Source of the DNA: an uncultured Bacillota bacterium
GTDB taxonomy: Bacteria; Bacillota_I; Bacilli_A; RFN20; CAG-826
Length of the DNA: 64,000 nucleotides
Direction of reading: 5' to 3'
Assembly (NCBI GenBank): GCA_949287245.1
Contig: CASEFL010000002.1
Location: forward strand, 80,975 to 144,974
A program made the translations under genes and the position numbers. Positions 56,238 through 64,000 of the stretch are shown in pieces. The notes under the pieces are model-generated. The model did not search any database. It was not told the origin of the DNA and worked only from the letters and a program-made list of their open reading frames with translations. Numbering within the stretch: position 1 is the first letter of the stretch; each line of letters starts with the position of its first letter.

Positions 56238-56606
56238 TTAGAATTCTGCTTTCCAAAGGCCATGGAGGTTGCAGTATGCATAAACGGTCCCATGGGTAAC
56301 GTGACGGAACTCTGCTTCTGGTTTTTCTCCCGCTTTCAGATGATGAATTTGAATATCGCCTTCACTTTCTACCGCGATCCATTCAATAAGATGTGCTTCG
56401 GTCATAGGGTGTTCTATGGAACCCACTTTTACATGAATACGATGTTCACATACTCTTTCAATGACGGGAACATGTTTTTCAACTGCAGCATCCACCGCTC
56501 CAGGAAGAAGTTCCACCATTTTTTCTCCACAACAAACGGGATTAACATGACCATCTTTTAAAACAAGAACAACGTTGCCGCAATGATTACATTTATAAAC
56601 TTTCAT
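56238..56606 (-). CDS. dfx: Desulfoferrodoxin (2Fe superoxide reductase).
   Basis: N-terminal desulforedoxin-type Cys4 site (YKCNHCGN...VCCG). C-terminal SOR centre ligands (EKHVPVIE...HPM.E.H.IEWI...CNLHGLWKAE). RBS AAAGGAG. Confidence 0.8.
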   Translation of the reverse strand: MKVYKCNHCGNVVLVLKDGHVNPVCCGEKMVELLPGAVDAAVEKHVPVIERVCEHRIHVKVGSIEHPMTEAHLIEWIAVESEGDIQIHHLKAGEKPEAEFRHVTHGTVYAYCNLHGLWKAEF

Positions 56607-56661
56607 AAGTGCTCCTTTTATTTATTCACTATAAAACTCCTTTTCTCTAGTCTCAAGAAAG

Positions 56662-57195
56662 ATGCATCTTCATAATAGAAATATGAATCCGATAATCCTT
56701 CTTTCTCAGTATTCTCTTACCTTAAATAAAGAACTTTTTTCTTTAGGGGAAGAAGTGGATGTTCTTCTTTCCTTTGCGTCAAAGAAAGAACGCTTCTTAA
56801 AAGAAGAATCATCTAAGAAGTTCTCTTTTCTTAATGAGGTTAAAAGTATAGAGGAAGGAATTTCTCTTATTGAAGAAACCAGTCATGTTTCTTTTTCAAA
56901 GAAAGAAAAAGAGTTCTTTGTCTCTTTTCTTGCAAGCGACATTTCCAGAAGTATCCGTTATGCGGCGGGCATCTATATAAGCTTTCTTTTAGCAAAGAAA
57001 AACTCTTCTCTTTTTTCTCTTTTAGAAATTTTATTAGGCAATATGATATTTTCTCCTTCTTTATCCACCTTTCTTTTTAAAAATATTGATTTAGCAAAAG
57101 TACCAACCCCACTAGTTTATTACGATAAAAACAGCATTATCCCCATTAACGTTGAAGTGTATGGAATCCTTAGCTTAATGAAAGAAATTTTATAG
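56662..57195 (+). CDS. Hypothetical protein of 177 aa (could instead start at the Met at 56683).
   Basis: Intact ORF between dfx and the CRISPR-Cas locus. No recognisable motif and weak RBS. Confidence 0.3.
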   Translation: MHLHNRNMNPIILLSQYSLTLNKELFSLGEEVDVLLSFASKKERFLKEESSKKFSFLNEVKSIEEGISLIEETSHVSFSKKEKEFFVSFLASDISRSIRYAAGIYISFLLAKKNSSLFSLLEILLGNMIFSPSLSTFLFKNIDLAKVPTPLVYYDKNSIIPINVEVYGILSLMKEIL

Positions 57196-57495
57196 ATTTT
57201 TAAAGATTATTTTCTCCTTTTTCATAATGTTTCTCTTTGTTCTTTCATTCACGAAACGTAACAAGTTGTTCGCAAAGATATGATTTTTCAATGTTTCTGA
57301 TAAGTTGGAGCTTTTGGAATCTTTATTTCCATGAAAGCACTAGGAATGAATGATGCATCATTAATCAATTGATGTTGTTTAAAAATAGATTGTAATTTAT
57401 TGCTGATATTTCTTTTCTTCACGTAATGAAAACGCTTTCAAATATATGGTTCTTTGCTATACTTTACTCGTCGAAATAAAGAGGTTCTGCCTACG

Positions 57496-57594
57496 AAAAA
57501 CGCCCTTGATCAGAGGGCGAATTCGTTCTCAACTTTTGAGATAATGATTGGGTAGAAACTTTATTTGGACTACACAATGCTAAAAAGGATTAGC
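57496..57594 (-). ncRNA. Candidate tracrRNA of about 100 nt. It is divergently transcribed immediately upstream of cas9.
   Basis: Minus-strand sigma70-like promoter with -35 TTGCAA (57623-57628) and -10 TAGAAT (57601-57606), 16-nt spacer. Two 3' hairpins: CUCAA-aag-UUGAG, then the terminator CGCCCU-cugauca-AGGGCG followed by UUUUU. A UAGUCC nexus-like motif precedes AAAUAAAG. A 5' perfect hairpin AAUGCUAA-uccuuuuu-UUAGCAUU. The anti-repeat cannot be confirmed because the CRISPR array is outside the window. Confidence 0.4.
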
Positions 57595-57628
57595 ATTACT
57601 ATTCTAAACATTTGGAGGATATTTGCAA

Positions 57629-60600
57629 ATGTCTGAAAAACTTTTATTGGGATTAGATTTAGGTGTTTCTTCCTTAGGATGGTGCTTATGTGATGAAGAG
57701 AATCATATTGTCAAAAAGAATGGAAAGTTATTGTGGGGAGTCCGTCTTTTTGATTCGGTTAGTGATGATAATAATGCCAAATCAAGACGTTTAGCACGTT
57801 CTCAAAGAAGAAGGTTGGCGAGACGAAAATATAGAATTCGTCTATTACAGCAAATTTTTGATAAAGAAATGAAGTCTGTAGATCCATACTTTTTTCTAAG
57901 ATTGAATAGTAGTTTTTATAAGAAGAAAGATCTTTCAAAGTTTTTAGATGGGCCGATATATGATGATGGCTATTTAGGAGATGATCGTTTATTTGGAGGA
58001 CTCATTTCGCGTAAGGAGCTAAAGAAAATTATTCCTAACGAGCATCCATTTACCTCAATTTATGATATTCGTAATTGGCTTGTGCATACAAAAGAGAAAG
58101 CTGATATACGTTTGATCTATTTAGCTATTCATCACATTTTAAAACATCGCGGAAACTTCATTTACGGAGAAAGTTTTAATCCTTTGGGGACGGTTGAGAT
58201 TATAGATGATAGTTTTAAAAGTATGATTGAATCTTTGAATGAACTTTATGGAATGTATTCTGAGTGTGAGTTTTTTCAAAAAGGAAGTGAAACTAAATAT
58301 TTAGATGATTTAGAAAATCTAAAATTAGTAGAAGGAAAACAGTTTGTTAGCGATTTTTTAAGAAGAGGTAGGACAAAACAAGCGGATGGTTCTTTTGCTA
58401 CTGAACAAAATTGGAAACAAAAAAGTTTGCATATTGAATATTCTAAGTATCTTAAAGATTTCCTCCCTTCTCTTTTATTTAACGGAGACGTTAAATTGAA
58501 GAAAATGCTTGCCTTTATCGATGATTTAGATAAAGAAATAGGTGACATTGATTTGGATCTTGATGCAGATAATTTCGAAGAAAATTTACAATTATTAGTG
58601 GAACTGTTAGGAGACAACTCTCCCATTATTAATATTGTTCTTTCAGCTAAAAAGATTTTCGATATTTCTTTATTGCAAGACATAATGAATAACCATAAAT
58701 ACATTAGTGAAGCAATGGTAGAACAATACGAAATACACCACAAGCAAAAAGAACAATTGAAATTGTGGATTAAAAATCACTATTCTGACAACCTAGCTAA
58801 AATGCACGAAGTGATGAATAAAGTGTTTGGGTTTAATTGGAAAGATTGGATTGATAGCAAAGGCCAAGCAACAATTGCTAATTATTCTGCTTATATTGGC
58901 CATTGTCATGGGAGAAAAGTTCCTGTACCAGTTGTTGAAAAAGGAAGTAGAAAATTACACGGTTATGATGCTTTTCGTGTTTTCCTAAAGGAAGACATTC
59001 TTAAGCCGTTCGAAAAAGAAAACGATACAAAAGAAATAATAGAACTGCTTAATTCTGATAAATATCTTGTAAAGCAACGGTCTAAGAAAAACGGGAGCAT
59101 TCCTTATCAAATACATGAAGTTGAATTGAAAGAGATTTTGAATAATCAAAGCAAGTATTATCCCTCCTTGTTAACGGAAGAGAATATTTCAAAAATCTTG
59201 ATGCTATTAAAATTTAGAATTCCTTATTATGTTGGCCCTTTGATGGGGCAGCCAAAAAATGGTGAGTTTAATTCTCGCTCTCAGCATTCATGGGTAAAAT
59301 TTTATCGCGACAACCATGACCCAATTACCCCATGGAATTTCAACGATGAAGTTGATAGTTTAACTACTCAACAATTTTTTATTGAACGCATGACAAATGG
59401 ATGTACTTATCTACCATCATGTAACGCTCTTCCTAGATATTCGCTCCTATATACTGAATACGTTTGTGTTTCATGGTTAAACAAAATCAAGGTAAACGGG
59501 AAGCCTCTGAAATGGGAAGATTCTGAAAATGACGTCAGCGTTTCTTCTATTCTAGAAGGTTATTTTAAAAAGACAGTAAACCCTACTTTGAATGGGTTAC
59601 AAAAATTTATATCTGGTAAAAAAGATGTAAGTATTAAATATATAGCAAGCGATATAGATGTAGATAAAAATGATGTACCGCCATTAAGCATGCGCCCATG
59701 GGTTGACTTTAAAGAATATCTTGCAAGTAACGATAAAAAAACTAGAGAAATTATTGAAAAGGTGATTTATCTAAAAACAATTTTTAGTGATGAAAAAGAA
59801 GGATTCATCCAGGCAATGAAACAAGAAAAGTTCGACGACTATTTTAGTAAGGCCGAACTAAAAAGAATTGCTAATCTGAATTATAAAAAATTTGGGAAAT
59901 TATCACGCGAGTTGTTAGAAATGATTGTTACTTTTGATGGCAAGGAATATCGAGTTATTGACTTGATAAAAGAGAAAAGTTTGCAACTCACATCCTTACT
60001 TTTAAAAGAAGATAAATATGGTTTATGGAAACATATTCATGAATTTAATCGTCAGGTGCAGTTAGATGAAAAAATCACCCCAGATAAATACATTAAAGAG
60101 TTAGTAATTTCTCCAAAAGCAAAACGTCCATTGTTTCAAACATATCGTCTCATTTCAGAACTAGAAAAATTAATGGGAAGGCCTATAGATGAGTACTATG
60201 TAGAATGCACAAGAGAATTATCTGGAGTTTCTGATGGTCAAGGGCAAAATAGCGTTAATAGATTGAATAAACTAAAACTACAATTAAAGAATGCTTTAGA
60301 ACACAAGAAAAATTTACATGTAGATGGATATTTTCATGAATTGTTAAACAACGAAAGCAAGAGGCTCGATTGTAAAGATTTTGCTAGCCATCATGATTTG
60401 AGCAAAGATAGATTGTATTTGTATGAGAAGCAATTAGGAATTTGTCCTTATTGTGGGAAACCTCTTTGCGAAGATGGGTATTTAGAAATTGATCACATTA
60501 TTCCTAGGTCTTTGCGTACTTTAGAAGGTGTGGAAACCAACAAAGTTCTTGTCCACAAAGATTGTAACCAAACGAAAGGTCCTATTTATCCGATTCCTAG

Positions 60601-62305
60601 TTCAGTTTTACTGCCAGAAGGCAGAAAAATGACTGAGTATTTATATCGCGTCGGTTTAATGAGTAAAAGAAAACGGGATGCCATTCTTCGTGTAGAGCCT
60701 ATTAATGAAAGAGATTTTGAATCTTTTACTGATGAACAATTAACCGCAACTAGCATTGCTGCAAAAGCTACTATCGATTTTATAAAGGAGTTTATGCACA
60801 ATTCTACAGGGGGTATGCCTAGAGTCATTTATTCTAAAGCTTCTTTGGTTTCTGCATTTAGAAATGCAGCACATCTTTGGAAAATACGTGACGAAAATAA
60901 TTTGCACCACGCTCATGATGCATTTTTGAACATTGTTGTCGGTAGGGTTGTTGATAATTACTATGGATATTTATCCGAAGAAAGGCATCAAGCAACTTGG
61001 CTAAGATTTCAACATGACCTAGAAGAAGTGAAGAGAGAATATGAACAGAGCCAAGATAAAGGTAAATATCTTCGCAATCTTACCACTGTTTATTTGCGAA
61101 TTTTTGGTGCTCTAATAGTGCCTGATAAAATTGAAAATAGAGATCCTATAGAGAAAGAGCCATATCTTTTAAAGGATTTTTCTGGAAATGTCATTTGGGA
61201 TAGAAACAATTTCGAATCTATTAAAATGATAAATAAGTATATAAATGGTCTGTCCACTACGATACTAATATCATATCGCACAAAAACAAATCATCGCATT
61301 CTGCCAAAAGCTACAATTTTTCCCGCTGCAGCCAAACAGTTTGCACTTATCCCTATTAAAGGAAGAAATAGTCAAAAAAGAAGTTATTTGCCTGTAGAAG
61401 AATATGGTGGATATCGTGAAGAAGCGTTCGGTTTTATGTCCTTGATTAAAATTCCAAAAGGTACAAAAATTTTATACAAACTTATTCCTATTAGTAATTT
61501 AAACATAAAAAAAGAACTTTTTGATGATGAGCAAAGTTTAAAACAAGAAATTAAGAATCTCTATTTAAAGGATAATCCATTTGCTGAAGTTATCGTGCCA
61601 AAGATTAAGTGGAACTCAATTTTAAAATATGGCGAATCTTTCCTTATCATCAGTGGAAAGGCTGACGATAGATTGCTTGCACAGTCTATCTTTGAATTTA
61701 TACTTCCTCCAAAAGAAAAAAATATTCTAAGGATGCTCTTAAAAGTAATGAATGTGGTATTTGCATTTGCAAATCAACCAATTACAAAAATTGATCCTAA
61801 TGTTTTTGAGATGGCTTGTAGAGTTAATTATCCAGAAGTTTCAGACACAATAATTTCTTTTTCTAAGAAAGGTGATGATTTTGTTGGTTTAAAGTCCTCA
61901 GATTTGGTTACTTTGTTACAGTGGTATAGTGAAAAACTTTCTACTAGAAGCATTCAAGATTTGCCTAATACGATTAATCATAAAAAGATGTCGCTATTGT
62001 TACATTCACAAGTTCTTTATGATGCATTTAAACAAGCAAAAATTAGTGAACAGTGTATTTTTATGTACTATGTAACTCAAGTTTGCAAGGCTCGATATCA
62101 AACAAAAACTGTAATACCAAATATAGGGGAATTGAATATTAGTGAAATATGTAAGACTATCCCAGAAATGAATCACAAAAATGAGTGCAAAGGTTTTACT
62201 TTAGATCAACCAAGAATACCTTCAAATCTCAGCCATAGATTTGAAATCTATGAGACTTCTGTCACGGGATTTAATTGGAAATTAATCGCTAAGGACGATA
62301 AATAA
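57629..62305 (+). CDS. cas9: Cas9 endonuclease, type II-A, unusually long at 1558 aa.
   Basis: RuvC-I GLDLGVSSLGW; Arg-rich bridge helix SRRLARSQRRRLARRKYRIR; RuvC-II RIPYYVGPL; HNH YLEIDHIIPRS...NKVLVHKDCNQTKG; RuvC-III HHAHDAFLNIVVG; about 450-aa C-terminal PI region. GGAGG lies 10 nt upstream of the ATG at 57629. Confidence 0.9.
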   Translation: MSEKLLLGLDLGVSSLGWCLCDEENHIVKKNGKLLWGVRLFDSVSDDNNAKSRRLARSQRRRLARRKYRIRLLQQIFDKEMKSVDPYFFLRLNSSFYKKKDLSKFLDGPIYDDGYLGDDRLFGGLISRKELKKIIPNEHPFTSIYDIRNWLVHTKEKADIRLIYLAIHHILKHRGNFIYGESFNPLGTVEIIDDSFKSMIESLNELYGMYSECEFFQKGSETKYLDDLENLKLVEGKQFVSDFLRRGRTKQADGSFATEQNWKQKSLHIEYSKYLKDFLPSLLFNGDVKLKKMLAFIDDLDKEIGDIDLDLDADNFEENLQLLVELLGDNSPIINIVLSAKKIFDISLLQDIMNNHKYISEAMVEQYEIHHKQKEQLKLWIKNHYSDNLAKMHEVMNKVFGFNWKDWIDSKGQATIANYSAYIGHCHGRKVPVPVVEKGSRKLHGYDAFRVFLKEDILKPFEKENDTKEIIELLNSDKYLVKQRSKKNGSIPYQIHEVELKEILNNQSKYYPSLLTEENISKILMLLKFRIPYYVGPLMGQPKNGEFNSRSQHSWVKFYRDNHDPITPWNFNDEVDSLTTQQFFIERMTNGCTYLPSCNALPRYSLLYTEYVCVSWLNKIKVNGKPLKWEDSENDVSVSSILEGYFKKTVNPTLNGLQKFISGKKDVSIKYIASDIDVDKNDVPPLSMRPWVDFKEYLASNDKKTREIIEKVIYLKTIFSDEKEGFIQAMKQEKFDDYFSKAELKRIANLNYKKFGKLSRELLEMIVTFDGKEYRVIDLIKEKSLQLTSLLLKEDKYGLWKHIHEFNRQVQLDEKITPDKYIKELVISPKAKRPLFQTYRLISELEKLMGRPIDEYYVECTRELSGVSDGQGQNSVNRLNKLKLQLKNALEHKKNLHVDGYFHELLNNESKRLDCKDFASHHDLSKDRLYLYEKQLGICPYCGKPLCEDGYLEIDHIIPRSLRTLEGVETNKVLVHKDCNQTKGPIYPIPSSVLLPEGRKMTEYLYRVGLMSKRKRDAILRVEPINERDFESFTDEQLTATSIAAKATIDFIKEFMHNSTGGMPRVIYSKASLVSAFRNAAHLWKIRDENNLHHAHDAFLNIVVGRVVDNYYGYLSEERHQATWLRFQHDLEEVKREYEQSQDKGKYLRNLTTVYLRIFGALIVPDKIENRDPIEKEPYLLKDFSGNVIWDRNNFESIKMINKYINGLSTTILISYRTKTNHRILPKATIFPAAAKQFALIPIKGRNSQKRSYLPVEEYGGYREEAFGFMSLIKIPKGTKILYKLIPISNLNIKKELFDDEQSLKQEIKNLYLKDNPFAEVIVPKIKWNSILKYGESFLIISGKADDRLLAQSIFEFILPPKEKNILRMLLKVMNVVFAFANQPITKIDPNVFEMACRVNYPEVSDTIISFSKKGDDFVGLKSSDLVTLLQWYSEKLSTRSIQDLPNTINHKKMSLLLHSQVLYDAFKQAKISEQCIFMYYVTQVCKARYQTKTVIPNIGELNISEICKTIPEMNHKNECKGFTLDQPRIPSNLSHRFEIYETSVTGFNWKLIAKDDK

Positions 62306-62307
62306 CT

Positions 62308-63180
62308 ATGCCTTTCCGAACAATCGTTATTAAGAATCGCTGTAAACTAGAGTATTCTCAAAATTATCTTGTTTGTAGAGCGGATAACGAAACTCGGATA
62401 AATGTCAATGAGATATCAACGCTAATTATTCAAAACACAGGCGTTTCAATGACTGCTTCTCTTTTATCGCGTCTTATGGAAGCGAAAGTATCGGTTATTT
62501 TTTGTGATCCAAAGGCGAATCCTCAAGGACAACTACAACCCTTTCAAGGAGTAACTGATTCTTATGTAAAAATTAAGACACAGATGAATTGGTCGTTATC
62601 TACAAAGGGACTTTTATGGCAAAAAATTATTAAAGAAAAGATTAATCGACAGGCAAACAACTTAATTCATTATGAAAAAGACGGGGGAGATGCTCTTAGG
62701 AAACTAAGCGAGATGGTAACTCCTAACGATAAAGAGAATCAGGAGGGTCATGCGGCAAGAGTGTACTTCTCTTCTTGTTTTGGTTCTAACTTTCAAAGAA
62801 GCGCAAGAGATGTTCCTACTAACATTTTTCTCAATTATGGGTATAGCGTTGTACTTTCTTGTGTATCTAGAGAAATAAAGGCGTTTGGTTATCTAACAGA
62901 ATTAGGGATTCATCATATTGGTGTAACCAATCCTTTTAATCTATCTTGTGATTTTGTAGAACCTTTAAGACCTTTTGTAGATGCTTATGTCCTTGCAAAC
63001 AAAGTAAATGTTGAGAATTTTAAAGATGTTTATGTTCATCTTTTGGCAGAGAAAGTTCATTTTAATGGGGATGAAATGTTTTTTGATAACGCCATTCATT
63101 CCTATGTGCAAAGTTGTTTAATTGCTCTAAAGAATAACAAAGTGGAGGAGGTAAAGTTCATACAATATGAACTCCCTTAG
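62308..63180 (+). CDS. cas1: Cas1 integrase (type II).
   Basis: 290 aa. The central region EGHAARVYFSSCFGSNFQRS...NYGYSVVLS...IHH aligns closely with type II Cas1 ([20 protein letters not shown]...DYGYTLLLS). It starts 2 nt after cas9. Confidence 0.9.
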   Translation: MPFRTIVIKNRCKLEYSQNYLVCRADNETRINVNEISTLIIQNTGVSMTASLLSRLMEAKVSVIFCDPKANPQGQLQPFQGVTDSYVKIKTQMNWSLSTKGLLWQKIIKEKINRQANNLIHYEKDGGDALRKLSEMVTPNDKENQEGHAARVYFSSCFGSNFQRSARDVPTNIFLNYGYSVVLSCVSREIKAFGYLTELGIHHIGVTNPFNLSCDFVEPLRPFVDAYVLANKVNVENFKDVYVHLLAEKVHFNGDEMFFDNAIHSYVQSCLIALKNNKVEEVKFIQYELP

Positions 63181-63490
63181 ATGTATGAGGCTTATCCTCT
63201 TTTTTGATTTACCTGTAACAAGCGATTCCGAAAGAAGAGCCTACACGAAATTTGTAAAAGGGTTAAAGAAACAAGGATTTTATCGTCTTCAGTATTCGGT
63301 ATACATTAAATTAAATATGGATGATCGCGCCGCGCAAAGTTCGATAAAACAAGTGCGTGAAATATTGCCAAATGATGGTTTGGTTTCAATTTTAAAAGTA
63401 ACCGAAAAGCAATTTGCTTCTATTGAATATCTTCTAGGTACACCAGAAACAGATGTATTAACTACTGATGAAAGGATTGTCACATTATGA
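63167..63490 (+). CDS. cas2: Cas2.
   Basis: 107 aa. N-terminal MRLILFFDLPV..ERRAYTKFVKGLKKQGF parallels [27 protein letters not shown] of type II-A Cas2. VTEKQFA is conserved. It overlaps cas1 by 14 nt. Confidence 0.85.
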   Translation: MNSLRCMRLILFFDLPVTSDSERRAYTKFVKGLKKQGFYRLQYSVYIKLNMDDRAAQSSIKQVREILPNDGLVSILKVTEKQFASIEYLLGTPETDVLTTDERIVTL

Positions 63491-64000
63491 TTCGATTTCG
63501 TTCTACTTTTTTCCAATTTCCTATCGATGTTGATCCGGGCGATATTGTGTCTCTTACCATCGAAAATCAAAAACTTTATAAGGGTTTTGCCGATGCTTTA
63601 GTCGCTCAAGAAGAAAATAGTTTCTCTATTTTTGAAGATACGAAAGAGAAACCTCTTAAAAAACATCTCATAACAGTAAGAGATTTATTAGATTTAAACC
63701 CTAATTCGAAGAAAATTCTTACGGCAATCTATAAAAAGATTGATCGAACTGCATTGACTGTGGAGCGAAGAGAGAAGTTTGACAAAATTAATCAAGCTAT
63801 TGCGGAGTTATTAGAAGAAATAGCGTTAGATTTTGAAGGCACAATAACTTTCAATGATCAAATTGATCTTACCCAATTACTTGGCCAATATGACTTTAAA
63901 TTTGATTACGATGAGAGTTCTTTTCTCAATAGTTTAATCTCTTATCTTCGCGCTTGGAGAGAAGCGATGGATTTAAAGTTAGTCTTTACTTATGATCTTT
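63487..64000 (+). CDS. csn2: Csn2 (type II-A signature adaptation protein), truncated by the window end.
   Basis: It starts with ATGA overlapping the cas2 stop, in the canonical fourth position of II-A operons. No stop appears before 64000. The call rests on context and loose similarity only. Confidence 0.55.
   Translation, partial: MIRFRSTFFQFPIDVDPGDIVSLTIENQKLYKGFADALVAQEENSFSIFEDTKEKPLKKHLITVRDLLDLNPNSKKILTAIYKKIDRTALTVERREKFDKINQAIAELLEEIALDFEGTITFNDQIDLTQLLGQYDFKFDYDESSFLNSLISYLRAWREAMDLKLVFTYDL

Noticed and set aside
57501-57519. Plus-strand reading of the CGCCCT...AGGGCG hairpin as a terminator for the upstream 177-aa ORF.
   Set aside because: On the plus strand the stem is not followed by a T-run (it is followed by AATTCG), and it lies 300 nt past that ORF's stop. 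It fits a minus-strand terminator (T5 immediately 3').
57196-64000. Looked for a CRISPR repeat-spacer array inside the window, around cas9 and downstream of cas2.
   Set aside because: No regularly spaced direct repeats are visible. csn2 is still open at base 64000, so the array is expected beyond the window.

Overview
This is a low-GC (about 33-35%) Firmicutes/Mollicutes-like chromosomal segment that uses the standard genetic code (Trp is TGG and long ORFs are intact). The ClpB here lacks its N-domain and MetRS is short, which fits an Erysipelotrichia/Acholeplasma-like lineage. That lineage call is inference only.

In order along the window:
- 1-10.7 kb: the C-terminal part of a giant repeat-containing surface protein, followed by a co-directional run of lipoprotein and secreted-protein genes. 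These include a BspA-type leucine-rich-repeat lipoprotein and two translationally coupled proteins carrying a PPC-like 'DxDxYxF' beta-sandwich motif.
- 9.9-13.8 kb: rpmE, metG and rlmD.
- about 13.73-15.83 kb: a roughly 2.1 kb block of clearly higher GC attached to the extreme 3' end of rlmD. It holds an intact RhuM-family gene and a truncated serine-recombinase gene, and looks like a decayed integrative element.
- 15.8-33 kb: housekeeping and membrane genes, namely a TVP38/DedA-like protein, a MATE transporter, clpB, an esterase, an XRE-family membrane regulator next to a 43-aa ORF, a lipoprotein, pcrA, ligA and gatCAB.
- 33.8-53.9 kb: a large surface-polysaccharide locus. It contains galE; a CapE/CapF/UDP-GlcNAc 2-epimerase trio (6-deoxy-L-HexNAc, probably L-FucNAc); ugd plus a UDP-GlcA 4-epimerase; glf; two GT1 glycosyltransferases; a Wzx flippase; two Wzy-like polymerases; and LicD-family and TupA-like ATP-grasp genes.
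- 53.9-57.2 kb: gpmA, a patatin-like phospholipase, desulfoferrodoxin and a 177-aa unknown.
- 57.6 kb to the window end: a type II-A CRISPR-Cas operon, cas9 (1558 aa from the first ATG, large for II-A), cas1, cas2 and csn2 (cut off at the window end). The CRISPR array must lie beyond 64,000.

The most notable item is a roughly 100-nt divergent transcription unit immediately upstream of cas9, with its own sigma70-like promoter (overlapping the cas9 start), a nexus-like UAGUCC motif, and an intrinsic terminator. It is a strong tracrRNA candidate, and its 5' end carries a perfect intramolecular 8-bp hairpin.
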